Shown one piece after another: positions 12,239 through 26,400 of a stretch of DNA of 64,000 bases. A model generated the notes under the pieces. That model was not told the DNA's origin and did not search any database. It worked only from the letters and a program-made list of their open reading frames with translations. The stretch is from Eledone cirrhosa (taxonomy: Eukaryota). Each line of letters starts with the position of its first letter. Position 1 is the first letter of the stretch. The position numbers and the translations under genes were made by a program. The stretch lies in contig OZ024743.1 of the NCBI GenBank assembly GCA_964016885.1, positions 193,130,001-193,194,000 on the forward strand, written 5' to 3'.

Positions 12239-13229
12239 TCTATTGATGAAGCTATGACTGCCTTCACCAGACAACTGGTCCTCAAACAGTACATTCCATT
12301 GAAGACTACAAAATGTGGGATAAAGGTGTAAATGTGGGCTGATCTCCAGAATGGTTATGTGAACGACTTCTAAGTTTATACTGGGAAAATTTCAAATCAG
12401 CCTGAACAAGAGCTTGAAGAAAGAGTTGTGAAGGACCTCACAAGAGATATTTAGAGACAAAACCCCCATGTGTATTGTGATAATTTCTTTTCATCTGTAA
12501 AATTCTTTGAGGAACTTCTACAGAATGTGACTTATGCTTGTGGGACAATACATAAACATAGAAGAGGCATGCCAAAAGCTATCACATCAGCCAAATTGAA
12601 AAAAAACAAGGTGACTTGATTAAAAAACAAATAGGGAACCTTGTGGCAACAGCCTGGCATAAGATGACCATAACACTGCTGACAACCAATGCCAGTCTAA
12701 ATAACTGTCCGGTGAAAACAAAAGTCCAGAGGATCCCACAATGTGCCATGTCCAAGAGCAATAAAAAAAATTATACTGAGCACATGAATGGTATGGACCA
12801 TGCAGACCAGTTAAGAGTCACCTACTGCATTGGAAGGAAGTCCAACAAATGGTGGAAATATCTATTTTATTTTATTGTTGATGTGGCTATATGTTTATCG
12901 TCTGTGCTGATAAAAGAGTCACCAAATCACAAGCTCCTGCCTAAAAAAGGCATGAACAACATTTATACTTAGTTGGTTTTCAGAATGAATCTGGCCCATC
13001 AACTAATCAGTGACTTTTCTTATAAAAGAAAAAGGTCTCCAGAGGAAGTTCCCCTGGTACAGGGTGCTATGCACTGGTCTTGTAGACTTGGGAAAAGAAA
13101 ACTTATAAACAGTGTTCCAAACAGAACATTAGGAGGGGACCATAAAACAGGATGTGAACAGTGCAAGGTGAACCTCTGCATCAGCTGTTTCAAACCGTAT
13201 CATCTTGAACATTTCCAGCAATTGATATA
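12239..13229 (+). mobile_element. piggyBac (PGBD-like) transposase pseudogene
   Basis: SIDEAM, KQYIPLKTTKCGIK, VYCDNFFSS, YTEHMNGMDHADQL, KWWKYLFYF and C-terminal CEQCKVNLCISCF; stops and frameshifts present. Confidence 0.88.
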
Positions 13230-13599
13230 AACAAACTTCCATTTACATATGTAACAAAGTTAAAGAAAATAAGTTGTTTTTAATGTTTTTGTTCATATTT
13301 TATGATACTAAATTGTTTATTTAATTTAATGAACCGTAAATATAATGAACTTTTTTGCAATTTCCTTTAAAAAAATTAGTTTTGAAACTTCACTGAAAAT
13401 TTCATGTTTTTATCTTTATTATTTATAAACTTAGAGCAATTTTTGTAAAGGCATATTAAATATCTATCAATTTTCACTATTTGGCTTAGGGAACTAGTGT
13501 CAAGATTATCATAGTATTGTTCAGGGAGGTAATCAGTGGTGGCAGTGATAGCCATCAAGGAAGAAATATTTGATCAAAATAGAATATATCCATAGACAT

Positions 13600-14135
13600 G
13601 ATAGAGATGGGAGATTTACATACACTGAAACTTATGCCAACAATATAAAATACCAACAGTAAAAAGGTGATACGGATATACACCAGAAAAGGTGTTAGAG
13701 AATGAAAAATCAATCATACACACAGACAAGGACATTAAAGCTAACCAACCAGATATTAAAGTCAATGACCACAAAAAAAAAAAAAAAGTCTTCTAATTGA
13801 TGTATCTATCCCTACAGAATATATATATATAAAAAAAAAATGAAGGGATTATCCAAATATAAAGATATGGAGATAAAAATAACCAAATGTTGATGATGAA
13901 AACAAAGAATCCCTATAATAATAATAGGCATTCTGAGAATGACAAAAATAAAAAAAAATTCCACAAACAGATACATAACCAAAATCCTATGACTTATATA
14001 AAAACTATATACAGCATACAGAAAATAGCACTACTAGGCACTATACACATATGAAAAGTTCTCTCAATATAATAGAAATAACAACACTGCACACACCCAA
14101 GGCACACAGAGCTGTACTCTGTAATGCAGTGATTA
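13600..14135 (+). mobile_element. Degenerate 3' end of a restriction-like-endonuclease LINE (R4/Dong-like); shorter related piece at ~20935-21055
   Basis: HTDKDIKANQPDI..LLIDVSIP..SKYKDMEI..IQKIALLGT resembles the PD..D..K endonuclease region. Confidence 0.65.
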
Positions 14136-14147
14136 CACACAATAGTA

Positions 14148-14710
14148 ATGGTTTCTGATTTATGCACAAGACCAGCATTTTTTTGGGGAAGCGGAATGTC
14201 AATTAAATCAACCCCAGCACGTGACTGGTGCTTTATTTTATTGACTCTGTAAGGATGAAAAGCAAAGCTAACCTCAGCAAGATTTGAACTCAGAACGTAA
14301 AGGGCCGTAACTCCATGTCACTAAGGATGTTGTCAGATGTTCTACTGATTCTGCCAATCCACCGCCCTATTACACATAATAATAATTGTTTCTACTTTTG
14401 ACACAAGGCCAGCAATTACCCAGTACATTACTGGTACTTTATTTTATCGACCCCGTAAGGATGAAAGGCAAAGTTAACCTCAGCGGGATTACACATAATA
14501 ATAATAATAGTGGTTTCTGATTTAGACACAAGGCCAACAGTTTTTGGGGAAGGGAAATTTACTCCAGTATGTAACTGGTATTTTATTTTATCAACCCTGT
14601 AAGGATGAGAGGCAAAATTCACCTCAGTGGGATTTGAATTCAGAACATTAAGAGCAAGAACAAATACTACAAAGCTTTTTCCTCTAATGCCCCAATGATT
14701 CTACTAATCT
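14148..14710 (-). mobile_element. Cluster of nested copies of a second tRNA-derived SINE family (Deu/Nin-like central domain)
   Basis: Repeated ctggtactttattttatcgaccccgtaaggatgaaaggcaaagttaacctc...gatttgaactcagaa; same family at ~690-840, 19370-19560, 45420, 50893, 53140-53290 and 63470. Confidence 0.75.
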
Positions 14711-14933
14711 ACCATAATAATGATAATAATAATTACAATAATGCTTTCTTTATTAACCACAGAGGTTGACTTAAAGTATAACATTAAGGACAGTATAAGA
14801 TAATTACAATAATAATAATAATTTTTGATTTAAGCACAAGGCCAACAGATTTGGAGGAGGGGAAAGTCAATTAATGATAGTAATAGCAATTAAAAAATTT
14901 GGCTTGTTTTAAAATAAATGTGATTAAACTCAC

Positions 14934-15053
14934 CTGAGATTGACAAGGTGAATGTGCACATAAGACATTGCTGTGATAGCCACACCTGGTAAGGCAAAGG
15001 AGTACCTTATTTGCCCCTGGCCTCAGGCCTTGAGCATAGCACAGATGATTAGG
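14934..15053 (-). CDS. Candidate alternative VPS13D cassette exon (PNHLCYAQGLRPGANKVLLCLTRCGYHSNVLCAHSPCQSQ)
   Basis: attcttttgttatag acceptor, CAG/gtgagt donor; 120 nt; only the phase-0 frame is open, matching the phase-0 host intron. No homology recognised. Confidence 0.5.
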
Positions 15054-15396
15054 CTATAACAAAAGAATGATAATACATTCCGAAAGTGAGTAAGAGTGAG
15101 ACACAAGACTAAACAACACAAATGGAGAAGTGAGCTTGCAGTGCAATTATGATGCAGGGTAATAGCTCATCAGAAGGATACTGTTTGTAATCAATAATTT
15201 GTTATAATCTACACAGATCCAGTTTTCTTTCTCTAAAAAGATCTTCAGTTTTATATATACTTTTGAAATCCCTTTCGTTTTGAAACCTTCACTGAAAATG
15301 TCATCTTTTTATCTTTATTATTTATAAACTTAGAGCGATCCAGAATATATTCAGATTTTGTTTTTTGTTCTTAACATTATATTTTTGAGGCAGGCA

Positions 15397-15432
<36 letters not shown>

Positions 15433-15434
<2 letters not shown>

Positions 15435-15595
15435 CGAAGGAAATGTGGTAAGGAACCAGGTGGACCATAATGCACCAAAGTACTCAATACTTAGGGTAGT
15501 AGAGTGGGTAATAGGAACCAGTAAGACCCCGACGGCTTGATTAGCCATCACAACGTCGAAACGGCTTGAGCTCAGCCGTCGGGGTCTTACTGGTT

Positions 15596-15600
<5 letters not shown>
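15433..15600. repeat. Hairpin-forming repeat containing a half-hammerhead (probable Penelope pLTR relic); related copy at 54750-54865
   Basis: 27-bp perfect inverted arms ataggaaccagtaagaccccgacggct/agccgtcggggtcttactggttcctat; flanked by (TA)n. Confidence 0.6.
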
Positions 15601-15639
<39 letters not shown>

Positions 15640-18600
15640 TGCTGGAAGCAGACACATGCAAAGCTGGTATTAGAGCAGCACCAGATGTAAAATGTAGGCT
15701 CCAAAAGCATGTAAGAAGTTAAATCTAAATTCCATTTCGGACTGTTTATTATGTATTTCATTAATTAATGTGGAATACCTATGATTTATGCATGGATTCT
15801 GGGTACACACAAGTAGTGTACTAAATGTAATACAAAATTTCAAAAGAACTAAATATGAAAGAGTTTTAGTTCTTTTAAGCCTCTTCAAAATTATAGGCCA
15901 AAGAAAATTAGCCTAACTGCAGGAAGCTAGGACACTACTTCACTACAACTCTAAGTTCCACACTTGATGTTCATTTAAGTGACAGTTGGAAATAAATTTT
16001 CAACTGCCTTCTGTAGAAACAGCTAGTAAAAACTAGTAAGGAACTAGAGTAGCAATATGAATAAGCTATAGCTTCAGCAAATATTTAACTATATGATAAT
16101 ATTGAGTACACCCTTGTTTTCACACACATACAAACCTACTGTTTGAGACTAGTTAACCTGTTCATTACTACATTTCTAATGAGATACACAGTATTTGAAT
16201 TGATTAATGAAGAATTTGGAAGAATTTATTAAAATTATGAATTATTTCAATGTTATAATAGTATTTGTAACAAGGCTTAACAAAAAGTTCTCATATCAAA
16301 TTATGTTGGAACCTTTCAAAATGGGTGATTTTGTTTCTATAGAACCAGATGTAGTTTTGGGTAGGCTGGTACCAAAAGAGTTAAATAGGTGTCTAGTGTA
16401 TTTGGTTTAAGATACAATAAGCCCCTTTTTCAGCAACCTTTAAAGAATCAGACTTATTTCAGTCATCAAAAGGAAAATTAAGCTTTTAGTAATATCCAGT
16501 TCCAATATGTAAATATAGTTAGTGAGATATTAAACCCCACACATGTAGGAGGAAACATAAATTTGCTTCCCATGCCAGCCCTACCTTAAAAGCCACTCTT
16601 TTCTAGTGGCATGAATCTGTGAAGTTCAGGGACCCCCAGGTCTCCTGTAAGTTCATGAAGTTACATCCACATGTTATGGTAACTAACTAAGAAAAAGGCC
16701 CTGTCCTAGTCCAATTCTGCTTGACATCACTGCTCTCTATACTGCCAATGAGAGCTTATGCTACGCTCTTTCTGCTCATCTTATGTCACTACTCCTTGTA
16801 CTTCAGACATACCACTCATAATTCCACAACACACACACGCAAACACAATCACTGAAATAATATATAATGTATAAGACTGTTCTCACTCTTAAACATCATA
16901 TATTATCATCATTTACTTTATGTATATTGTCATTATCATTATAAATCATAATTTCATGTTGGACCTATTTTTGTTTCAATGTAGCCTGTTGCCTTCAATT
17001 TTTTTGTCAGTGCAAATGAGACATTTAGCATGAATCCAGTCTAGGACTTCATGTGTGCATGTATGTGATGTGTGTGGGTATACCCATATGCAGACACACG
17101 TGGGAATAGGGACCTAAAGATCATCAAAGATTGGACTAATCAAAATGAAAACACTCAAAGATGAAGTTGATAGTATGGAAAAAATTAATACCATAATTAT
17201 TGTCATTTATTTTCAGCATAGTAAAAGAGTTGCCATTAATTGGAACAATAATGGCTGAGTAATGAAAGTATTGAATGGCTGACTCAAGAATGGCTAAGTG
17301 GATCAGATATTTAACCACCAACTCATGGTTCATGAGTTCCAAAATCATTGCAGAAATGTTTAATGTATCTGTGATGGATATATGTGTATTAATTAAGCTG
17401 ACTGACAAGAATAGACATAGCTACTAGGTTTCCAGAGAATATTCTAGGCTGCACAGTAGAAAAACCAATAGGATTTCACTCCAATGTATTTTTCTTGAGA
17501 TTATTCAGTAGATATTTTATATACAGGAACACTAGCAGTCAATATTAGCTTCATAGTAACGAGATAATTCCCTGGCTGATCTCATCTACAATATTTTATG
17601 AAATTTAGGAAAATATTGATATGTTTAGATTAGGCACATGGCTAACGTTTGAAGTAAATAATTATATACCAATGTCATACTGACTCAGTAGAGAAGAAAG
17701 GTAAAGCTGACCCCATGACAGGATTTCAGCATAGACAGCAGAAGACAAAACTAGCTACTGTAAGCTATTTAGTATATCCTATTATTGTATTAATTCTGAC
17801 AACTGACCTTTCCAGTTTTTTATTATATCAGTCCTGGCCCCATTTTTATCTCTCACATACACAATCCAAGTTTACATTATTATTTTGAATGCTAGCATGT
17901 GTAGGACAGGTCTGTAATACTGCAGGCTCTTAACAGTTCTGAGTTTGCAATTTATTTGCCCTTCATCTACATATACATTAAAAGAGTTACTATACTGACC
18001 CTTACAATAATGTTTTAGTGAGCCTGTTATATATACATTTTCCCAAATAAACCTAGTTAGGAAAGTTTTTGCTGTAGTAATTGCTTCTCTAGCATGTGGA
18101 GTAGAAGTGAAACCAGCAAGGTCACTCAGACAGATTGAAGTAAACAAAATTATGTGCATTACCCAAAGAACAAACACAACGCTTGTGGTAAGTTATGTAT
18201 TTATGGCCATATAGTCTGGAAACTTTAACCTTGTGTCATAAATTACATATGAAAATTTACAGTCTATATTGAGTAGGATTTAATACATTCACATAATCCA
18301 TAGTAGAAGTGCTACTGTTAGTATAACTGTCTAGTCTGATAAATACTTCATATAATAATGATACTAAAGCAAGTGGCAATATACAACATAAGCAGTAATT
18401 TGAGATGGAAAAAAGAAACTCATCCACTAATAAGATTTGAACCATATATCTATTGCTTGTCAAGTATCAATGTTATTGATTACACAACAGAGTGTTTGTC
18501 ATTCCATCTTTCCAAAGTACTATTATAACTTCAATTGTTTTAATTGTACTAATTTATCCTCACAAGATAATTGCTCAGTTACTTGGCACTAGTAATAATA

Positions 18601-20885
18601 TATATTCTACTAATGTTTAACATATTAGGTAATCATCAGTAACATTAACATAGCATGATTCATAATATAAATGCAGACAAGATATGATTATGTCACAGTT
18701 TAAAACCTAGTGAGACATATATGTTTATTATATATAGATTTATCATATATGTCTTCATATACACCTTTATTATATAAGGTAATACCAGTTAATCTGTTTA
18801 TAATATATTAAAGAATAACTAGGAATGTTATATAAATAACTGTAATATACATATATATTGGATATTGTATTTTAAGCTAAGTTAGAATTGTTTTCAATCC
18901 TAATTTGATATAGTTTTGTAAAATAACCAAACATTTGAAAATGAAATGAGATAGATAGGAAAAATAGAATGATGAACAAATTTTATTTAAAAATGTGAAT
19001 ATAACTGTAGCTACACTATAAAAAATTTTCTTTTGGGGAAAATATTTAAAACAAATATTATGGAATTAAAGTAAAAGTGTGGTGTGGGTTATATAAAAGA
19101 GAGAAGGAAAAATGGCAAGTAAAACTGAAAAGTCAAAACATGCCAAATCATAAAAAAAAAAGAAGCATGCCATATAATGAAATACATATTCTTAGGCAGC
19201 AAATGGTTAATTGAAGCCTGAATGCATTTAAGGAATCCTATGATCAATTGGTGCCCCTTCCTAACTAACACACTAGCTGGCTGCAGCAAGGATGCAATAT
19301 GAAACATTTGACAGTTACATGCCATACAAAATCTTCAGCACAGTTACTAAGACACAACACTAATTATAATTGTTTCTAATATAGGTACAAGGCCACAAAA
19401 TCTGAAGGAGAAGTGTTGGTTTATTGAACCCCAGTTTTTGACTGGTTTTATTTTATTGACCTTGGGAAGATGAAAGACAAAATCAGGATTTGAATTTAGA
19501 ATGTAAAGGGCTGTAACTAAATAATGTCCAAGGCAAAGTTGATCTTGGCAGGATTTTATCTTGGATGGTAACTAAATACTGCAAAGCAATTTGTTCAACA
19601 TTTTACTGATTCTACCAACAAAATTAAATCTTAACATCCTGCAATGATCAAGTATAAGATATTTAGAAAAAAGGAGTTTGTTAATTAAAATGTTTATACT
19701 ATCTTTATTAGTGGATAGATCATTGAGAAATTTTGAAGTATTAGAGTAAAGATTTTAATTTTTAATGTGATGCAGTCAGTATTTTTTTGTACTTTTCAAG
19801 AATGTCTTGCTAATGCAGTTTCATGCAGTGCTGGACATTAAGTGTTAAAGAAGAAAATAGCAGCTTATGGCAGAAATGAGGAGCACTGAATTAAATCATA
19901 AGAATGTTTACTGCCAATCCTTTATATTTGGAGTTTAAATCCTGGCTGAACTGAATTTGCCTTAATAACCCAGGAGTTGATATAACTAATTACGCTGGTG
20001 TAGATTCAATCAATTTTTACCTCCTCTATTACAAACAATAGAGCTGTACTTGGTTAAAAAACATAAATAGCCATTTAACCCTTTTGTAACCATATTTCTG
20101 AATGAAATACCATGTAGCTCAATTTTGAAAGTAATCAAGAATTTGGAGGGATTTAGTAATTGAACAGACTTATTCATTAAGTTGGTGTTTGAAACATAAT
20201 AAAAGGTTCTTACATAAAATTATGAGAGAAGATTTTTATGTAAATATGAACATTTTACAAGTCAATTTTCATTGAAGAACCATTAACAGTCTTGGGCAGG
20301 TTAGTCTCAAGAAGATCAAACAAATTAAAGTATTTTGGGAGCATTGAGGAAAATGTATGATGAAGAGAGGTGAAATGTAGATTAAAATGAAAAACTTCAA
20401 AGTGGCGAGATGCCTAAAGGGAGGCCCTTTAAGTAAAAAATTAATAGAAGCAGTTCAATTATGAATATAAATAAATGGATTAGAAGAGCTAATAAAGGAA
20501 TCTCTGAGTAGTTGCTTGGCTTGCTTGAAATAAAAGCCAAATTTCCCTCATAACATACTCTATTATATGAGAAAAAGGAAGATATTGAATACGAGAGCCT
20601 AAATGGAAGACACAGAACAATAAGAGTACCTCTATGGAACTACTTTATCTGCTAAAAATAGAAGCCAGATCCACCCTTGTACACAGTATACTGTTGAAGC
20701 CAAACGGATGACACTAGAATTATCTAGGCATTGGGGATAGGGAACAAGTATAAGTTTAAATATAACATTTCAAGACATTTCTATTATAATAACAAGCGAG
20801 AGTGAGAGAACTAGTTTGTCAGTAGATAGAATACTTAGCAATATTTTGTTGTTTACACACACACACGTAACATATATGTACAGAG

Positions 20886-20935
<50 letters not shown>

Positions 20936-21648
20936 AAGCATATAACACAACTAGGCACAGCACAGATATTAAGTAGAGTACTGTAATTACAATGGAAACA
21001 CTGGACTAAAACAAAACACGGTACATACCCAGGACACACAGAACAGTACTTGATAGTTTAAGTAAAAGTACAAAATACAAACAAGATTACTGAATGTTGT
21101 TGGGTAGTTCTGAAATTTATAAAAAATGTAAGAAACCCAAATATATAAAATATCTGACCAAAGTCAATTGCTATAAATAATAGCTTGGACAAATCAGATA
21201 AAATATCCCTATAGACAGAAAAAAAGTGGTCACTTTTTTCTGTTTATAGGGGTATTTTACCTGATTCTTCTAAGCTATCTATATAATACTAAAACTCTGT
21301 GATTGCTTGTTTGTTTGTCTGTAATGTAATGTAATACAGCCAAAAGGGTGCATAATGGGAAAATACTTTGACAGGAAGTTGTCCCTGAAATGGGAATACA
21401 AATGGAATAAAAACAAGTTTCACATAAATCGAAGCACGGGTTCCCAAGATATGGGTTTTTTCCGGGTATCTTCATAAACAGAGAGAGAGAAAGCTAGAAA
21501 GAACGAGATAGTGGTTGTGAGAGAGTAGATTGAAAGAGAGACATAGAGAGAGGGAAAGAAGACAGAGCAGGAGAATGGAAGAGAGCTGGTGGAGCTGTGT
21601 ATATGTGTGTGTGTGTCTATGACCAGTGTATATAGATCACAGACACCC

Positions 21649-21679
<31 letters not shown>

Positions 21680-23489
21680 GACACACGCATATATATATAT
21701 GGGCCTTCCAGTTTCATTTCACATTATATACAAGTATGTGTATATTTTAGCGTATAAAGAGCCGAATAAAATAATGTAAGGCACTTGTCTGAAGCTCTAG
21801 TTATTCTGCCATTCCACTACCCTTTTATGCTATTTCTCTATATGGACATTTTTAGGTAGATGCAACTGACCTCAGTCGGTTTTGACAATGACTGATCCTG
21901 TTGTTCCATAAACGGAACAGTCTATTCATGAAATTAACATGTAAGTGACTAAGCAACTCCTTAATGTACTTGTCAGGGAGAGTCAGCGTGACACAGTGTG
22001 TGACAAGCACTGTCCACCTGATGGTCTTCCAAACAGTTTCCATCTACCCAATTTCACTCGCAAGGCATAGGTTGACTCAAGACTGTGTATGGCAAATGGC
22101 ACTTGCCCAAGATGTCATGCAGTAGGATTGAACCCGGAACCTAATGATTGTGAAGTGAACCTCTCTTAACCATTCAACCATGTAAATTATTCTTGACTAA
22201 CATCATCTGTCTCATTAAAAACTGTCTTCCTTACAGTTTTTTTTTCTAACATGCTCTGTAACATTCTTTACCATTCTAAACTTAAGTAAACTTCAAATAA
22301 AATATAGATTATGCTAGGTAAATCAATGTCCTGATAGTTTTGCTGTTCATTGTCACAATACTGTTTACTCCAGAGATAAGATAAAAAATATTTATTTTGG
22401 GTTGTGAATCATAGACAAACAGTACAACTTCACCACCATAGACATATATGGATGTGCAAAAAAAAAAAAAAAAAGGGTGGGGGAATGCGAAGATATGTTT
22501 GCAGTTTGCATTCCACAAGATAACACAAATGAACTGTAATAAGGGGAATATTTAAAAAAAAATGAACAAAACACAATTTAAAATTGAACAACAATAATGT
22601 TGATAAATAGAAAAGTAATAAAAAGAAAAAAAGAACATCAATCATTCCAATTCAAGTGAAAATAGCTGCTGCATTCAATATGCATTTTAAAAAGGCAGGT
22701 AACAGGCTAAAATTTATAATATGGAAAATTCTGATAAATTTTAGATATAAGTGGATCTTTAAAGATAAATTCTATTTTAATATTTTTTTCTTTACTCTAG
22801 AATAAAATAATTTAACAAGCAAGAATATAGAATGAAAGAGAAAACTGTTGAAAATGTTTGGGTAAGAGGAAATGACCAATAAAAACAAACAATAAAACAG
22901 CCATGGCAGATAATAGGCTTACAAAGAGAGTTACAACCTGAAAAGTTTCACTGCTGTTACTCATGTGGTACTGTGTATTGCATGGAGTTGAGGAAAAGCA
23001 CATACAGTCAACACCATGGAACTGGTGAGGGTAGCAAAAGGTTGTTATTAAAGATTATCATCAGAATTGCCAAAAATAATTAGATAATAAAATAAAATGA
23101 AATAAAAATGAATGATGAAAGAATATACATAAATGTTATATATAATAAAGTCTCTAGGTAAAAATTGTAAAATAGCTTGCAAATAAATATACAAAGAAAA
23201 TTAAGCATGAGTTTAGAATATTTGTTGAACTTAAAAGTATTTCCTCTTCAGAAACGAGATTATACTCATTAAAAAGTCTTTAAATAAGTTTACCATTATC
23301 ACCAGCACTCAGTGTTTCTCAATTACGGAATATTTCTGTATCAGTTCTCATGACCTAATGAAAGGCTTAACAATCATCTTTCATTCTTCATATGTTCATA
23401 CAACAGTAATAACTTCCCTCACATGTCAGGTTATATAAACATCAATTGATATCTCAAGTTATATGCCTAAAATTAACACCTCATTGATT

Positions 23490-26400
23490 TACCTCTTATC
23501 CTGCAAACAATATGTACTAACCCCAACTTCATGACCTACCTCTTATCCTGCAAACAATATGTACTAACCCCAACTTCATGACCTACCTCTTATCCTGCAA
23601 ACAATATGTACTAACCCCAACTTCATGACCTACCTCTTATCCTGCAAACAATATGTACTAACCCCAACTTCATGGCCTACCTCTTATCCTGCAAACAATA
23701 TGTACTAACCCCAACTTCATGACCTACCTCTTATCCTGCAAACAATATGTATTAACCCCAACTTCATGACCTACCTTTTATCCTGCAAACCATATGTACT
23801 GACCCCAACTTCATGACCTACCTCTTATCCTGCAAACAATATGTACTAACCCCAACTTCATGACCTACCTCTTATCCTGCAAACAATATGTATTAACCCC
23901 AACTTCATGACCTACCTCTTATCCTGCAAACCATATGTACTGACTCCAACTTCATGACCTACCTTTTATCCTGCAAACAATATGTACTAACCCCAACTTC
24001 ATGACCTACCTTTTATCCTGCAAACAATATGTACTAACCCCAACTTCATGACCTACCTTTTATCCTGCAAACAATATGTACTAACCCCAACTTCATGACC
24101 TACCTTTTATCCTGCAAACAATATGTACTAACCGCAACTTCATGACCTACCTTTTATCCTGCAAACAATATGTACTAACCCCAACTTCATGACCTACCTT
24201 TTATCCTGCAAACAATATGTACTAACCCCAACTTCATGACCTACCTCTTATCCTGCAAACCATATGTACTAACCCCAACTTCATGACCTACCTCTTATCC
24301 TGCAAACAATATGTACTAACCCCAACTTCATGACCTACCTCTTATCCTGCAAACAATATGTACTAACCCCAACTTCATGACCTACCTCTTATCCTGCAAA
24401 CAATATGTACTAACCCCAACTTCATGACCTACCTCTTATCCTGCAAACAATATGTACTAACCCCAACTTCATGACCTACCTCTTATCCTGCAAACCATAT
24501 GTACTAACCCCAACTTCATGACCTACCTCTTATCCTGCAAACAATATGTACTAACCCCAACTTCATGACCTACCTCTTATCCTGCAAACAATATGTACTA
24601 ACCCCAACTTCATGACCTACCTCTTATCCTGCAAACAATATGTACTAACCCCAACTTCATGACCTACCTCTTATCCTGCAAACAATATGTACTAACCCCA
24701 ACTTCATGACCTACCTCTTATCCTGCAAACAATATGTACTAACCCCAACTTCATGACCTACCTTTTATCCTGCAAACCATATGTACTAACCCCAACTTCA
24801 TGACCTACCTCTTATCCTGCAAACCATATGTACTAACCCCAACTTCATGACCTACCTTTTATCCTGCAAACAATATGTACTAACTCCAACTTCATGACCT
24901 ACCTCTTATCCTGCAAACAATATGTACTAACCCCAACTTCATGACCTACCTCTTATCCTGCAAACAATATGTACTAACCCCAACTTCATGACCTACCTTT
25001 TATCCTGCAAACCATATGTACTAACCCCAACTTCATGACCTACCTCTTATCCTGCAAACCATATGTACTAACCCCAACTTCATGACCTACCTTTTATCCT
25101 GCAAACAATATGTACTAACCCCAACTTCATGACCTACCTTTTATCCTGCAAACAATATGTACTAACCCCAACTTCATGACCTACCTCTTATCCTGCAAAC
25201 CATATGTACTAACCCCAACTTCATGACCTACCTTTTATCCTGCAAACAATATGTACTAACCCCAACTTCATGACCTACCTCTTATCCTGCAAACAATATG
25301 TACTAACCCCAACTTCATGACCTACCTCTTATCCTGCAAACAATATGTACTAACCCCAACTTCATGACCTACCTCTTATCCTGCAAACAATATGTACTAA
25401 CCCCAACTTCATGACCTACCTCTTATCCTGCAAACAATATGTACTAACCCCAACTTCATGACCTACCTTTTATCCTGCAAACCATATGTACTAACCCCAA
25501 CTTCATGACCTACCTCTTATCCTGCAAACCATATGTACTAACCCCAACTTCATGACCTACCTTTTATCCTGCAAACAATATGTACTAACCCCAACTTCAT
25601 GACCTACCTTTTATCCTGCAAACCATATGTACTAACCCCAACTTCATGACCTACCTCTTATCCTGCAAACCATATGTACTAACCCCAACTTCATGACCTA
25701 CCTTTTATCCTGCAAACAATATGTACTAACCCCAACTTCATGACCTACCTTTTATCCTGCAAACAATATGTACTAACCCCAACTTCATGACCTACCTCTT
25801 ATCCTGCAAACAATATGTACTAACCCCAACTTCATGACCTACCTCGTATCCTGCAAACAATATGTACTAACCCCAACTTCATGACCTACCTTTTATCCTG
25901 CAAACCATATGTACTAACCCCAACTTCATGACCTACCTCTTATCCTGCAAACCATATGTACTAACCCCAACTTCATGACCTACCTCTTATCCTGCAAACA
26001 ATATGTACTAACCCCAACTTCATGACCTACCTCTTATCCTGCAAACAATATGTACTAACCCCAACTTCATGACCTACCTCTTATCCTGCAAACAATATGT
26101 ACTAACCCCAACTTCATGACCTACCTCTTATCCTGCAAACAATATGTACTAACCCCAACTTCATGACCTACCTCTTATCCTGCAAACAATATGTACTAAC
26201 CCCAACTTCATGACCTACCTCTTATCCTGCAAACAATATGTACTAACCCCAACTTCATGACCTACCTCTTATCCTGCAAACAATATGTACTAACCCCAAC
26301 TTCATGACCTACCTCTTATCCTGCAAACAATATGTACTAACCCCAACTTCATGACCTACCTCTTATCCTGCAAACAATATGTACTAACCCCAACTTCATG

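Noticed and set aside
23295-23336. Additional VPS13D exon (AG...GT bounded)
   Set aside because: The phase-0 frame hits TGA and there is no homology.
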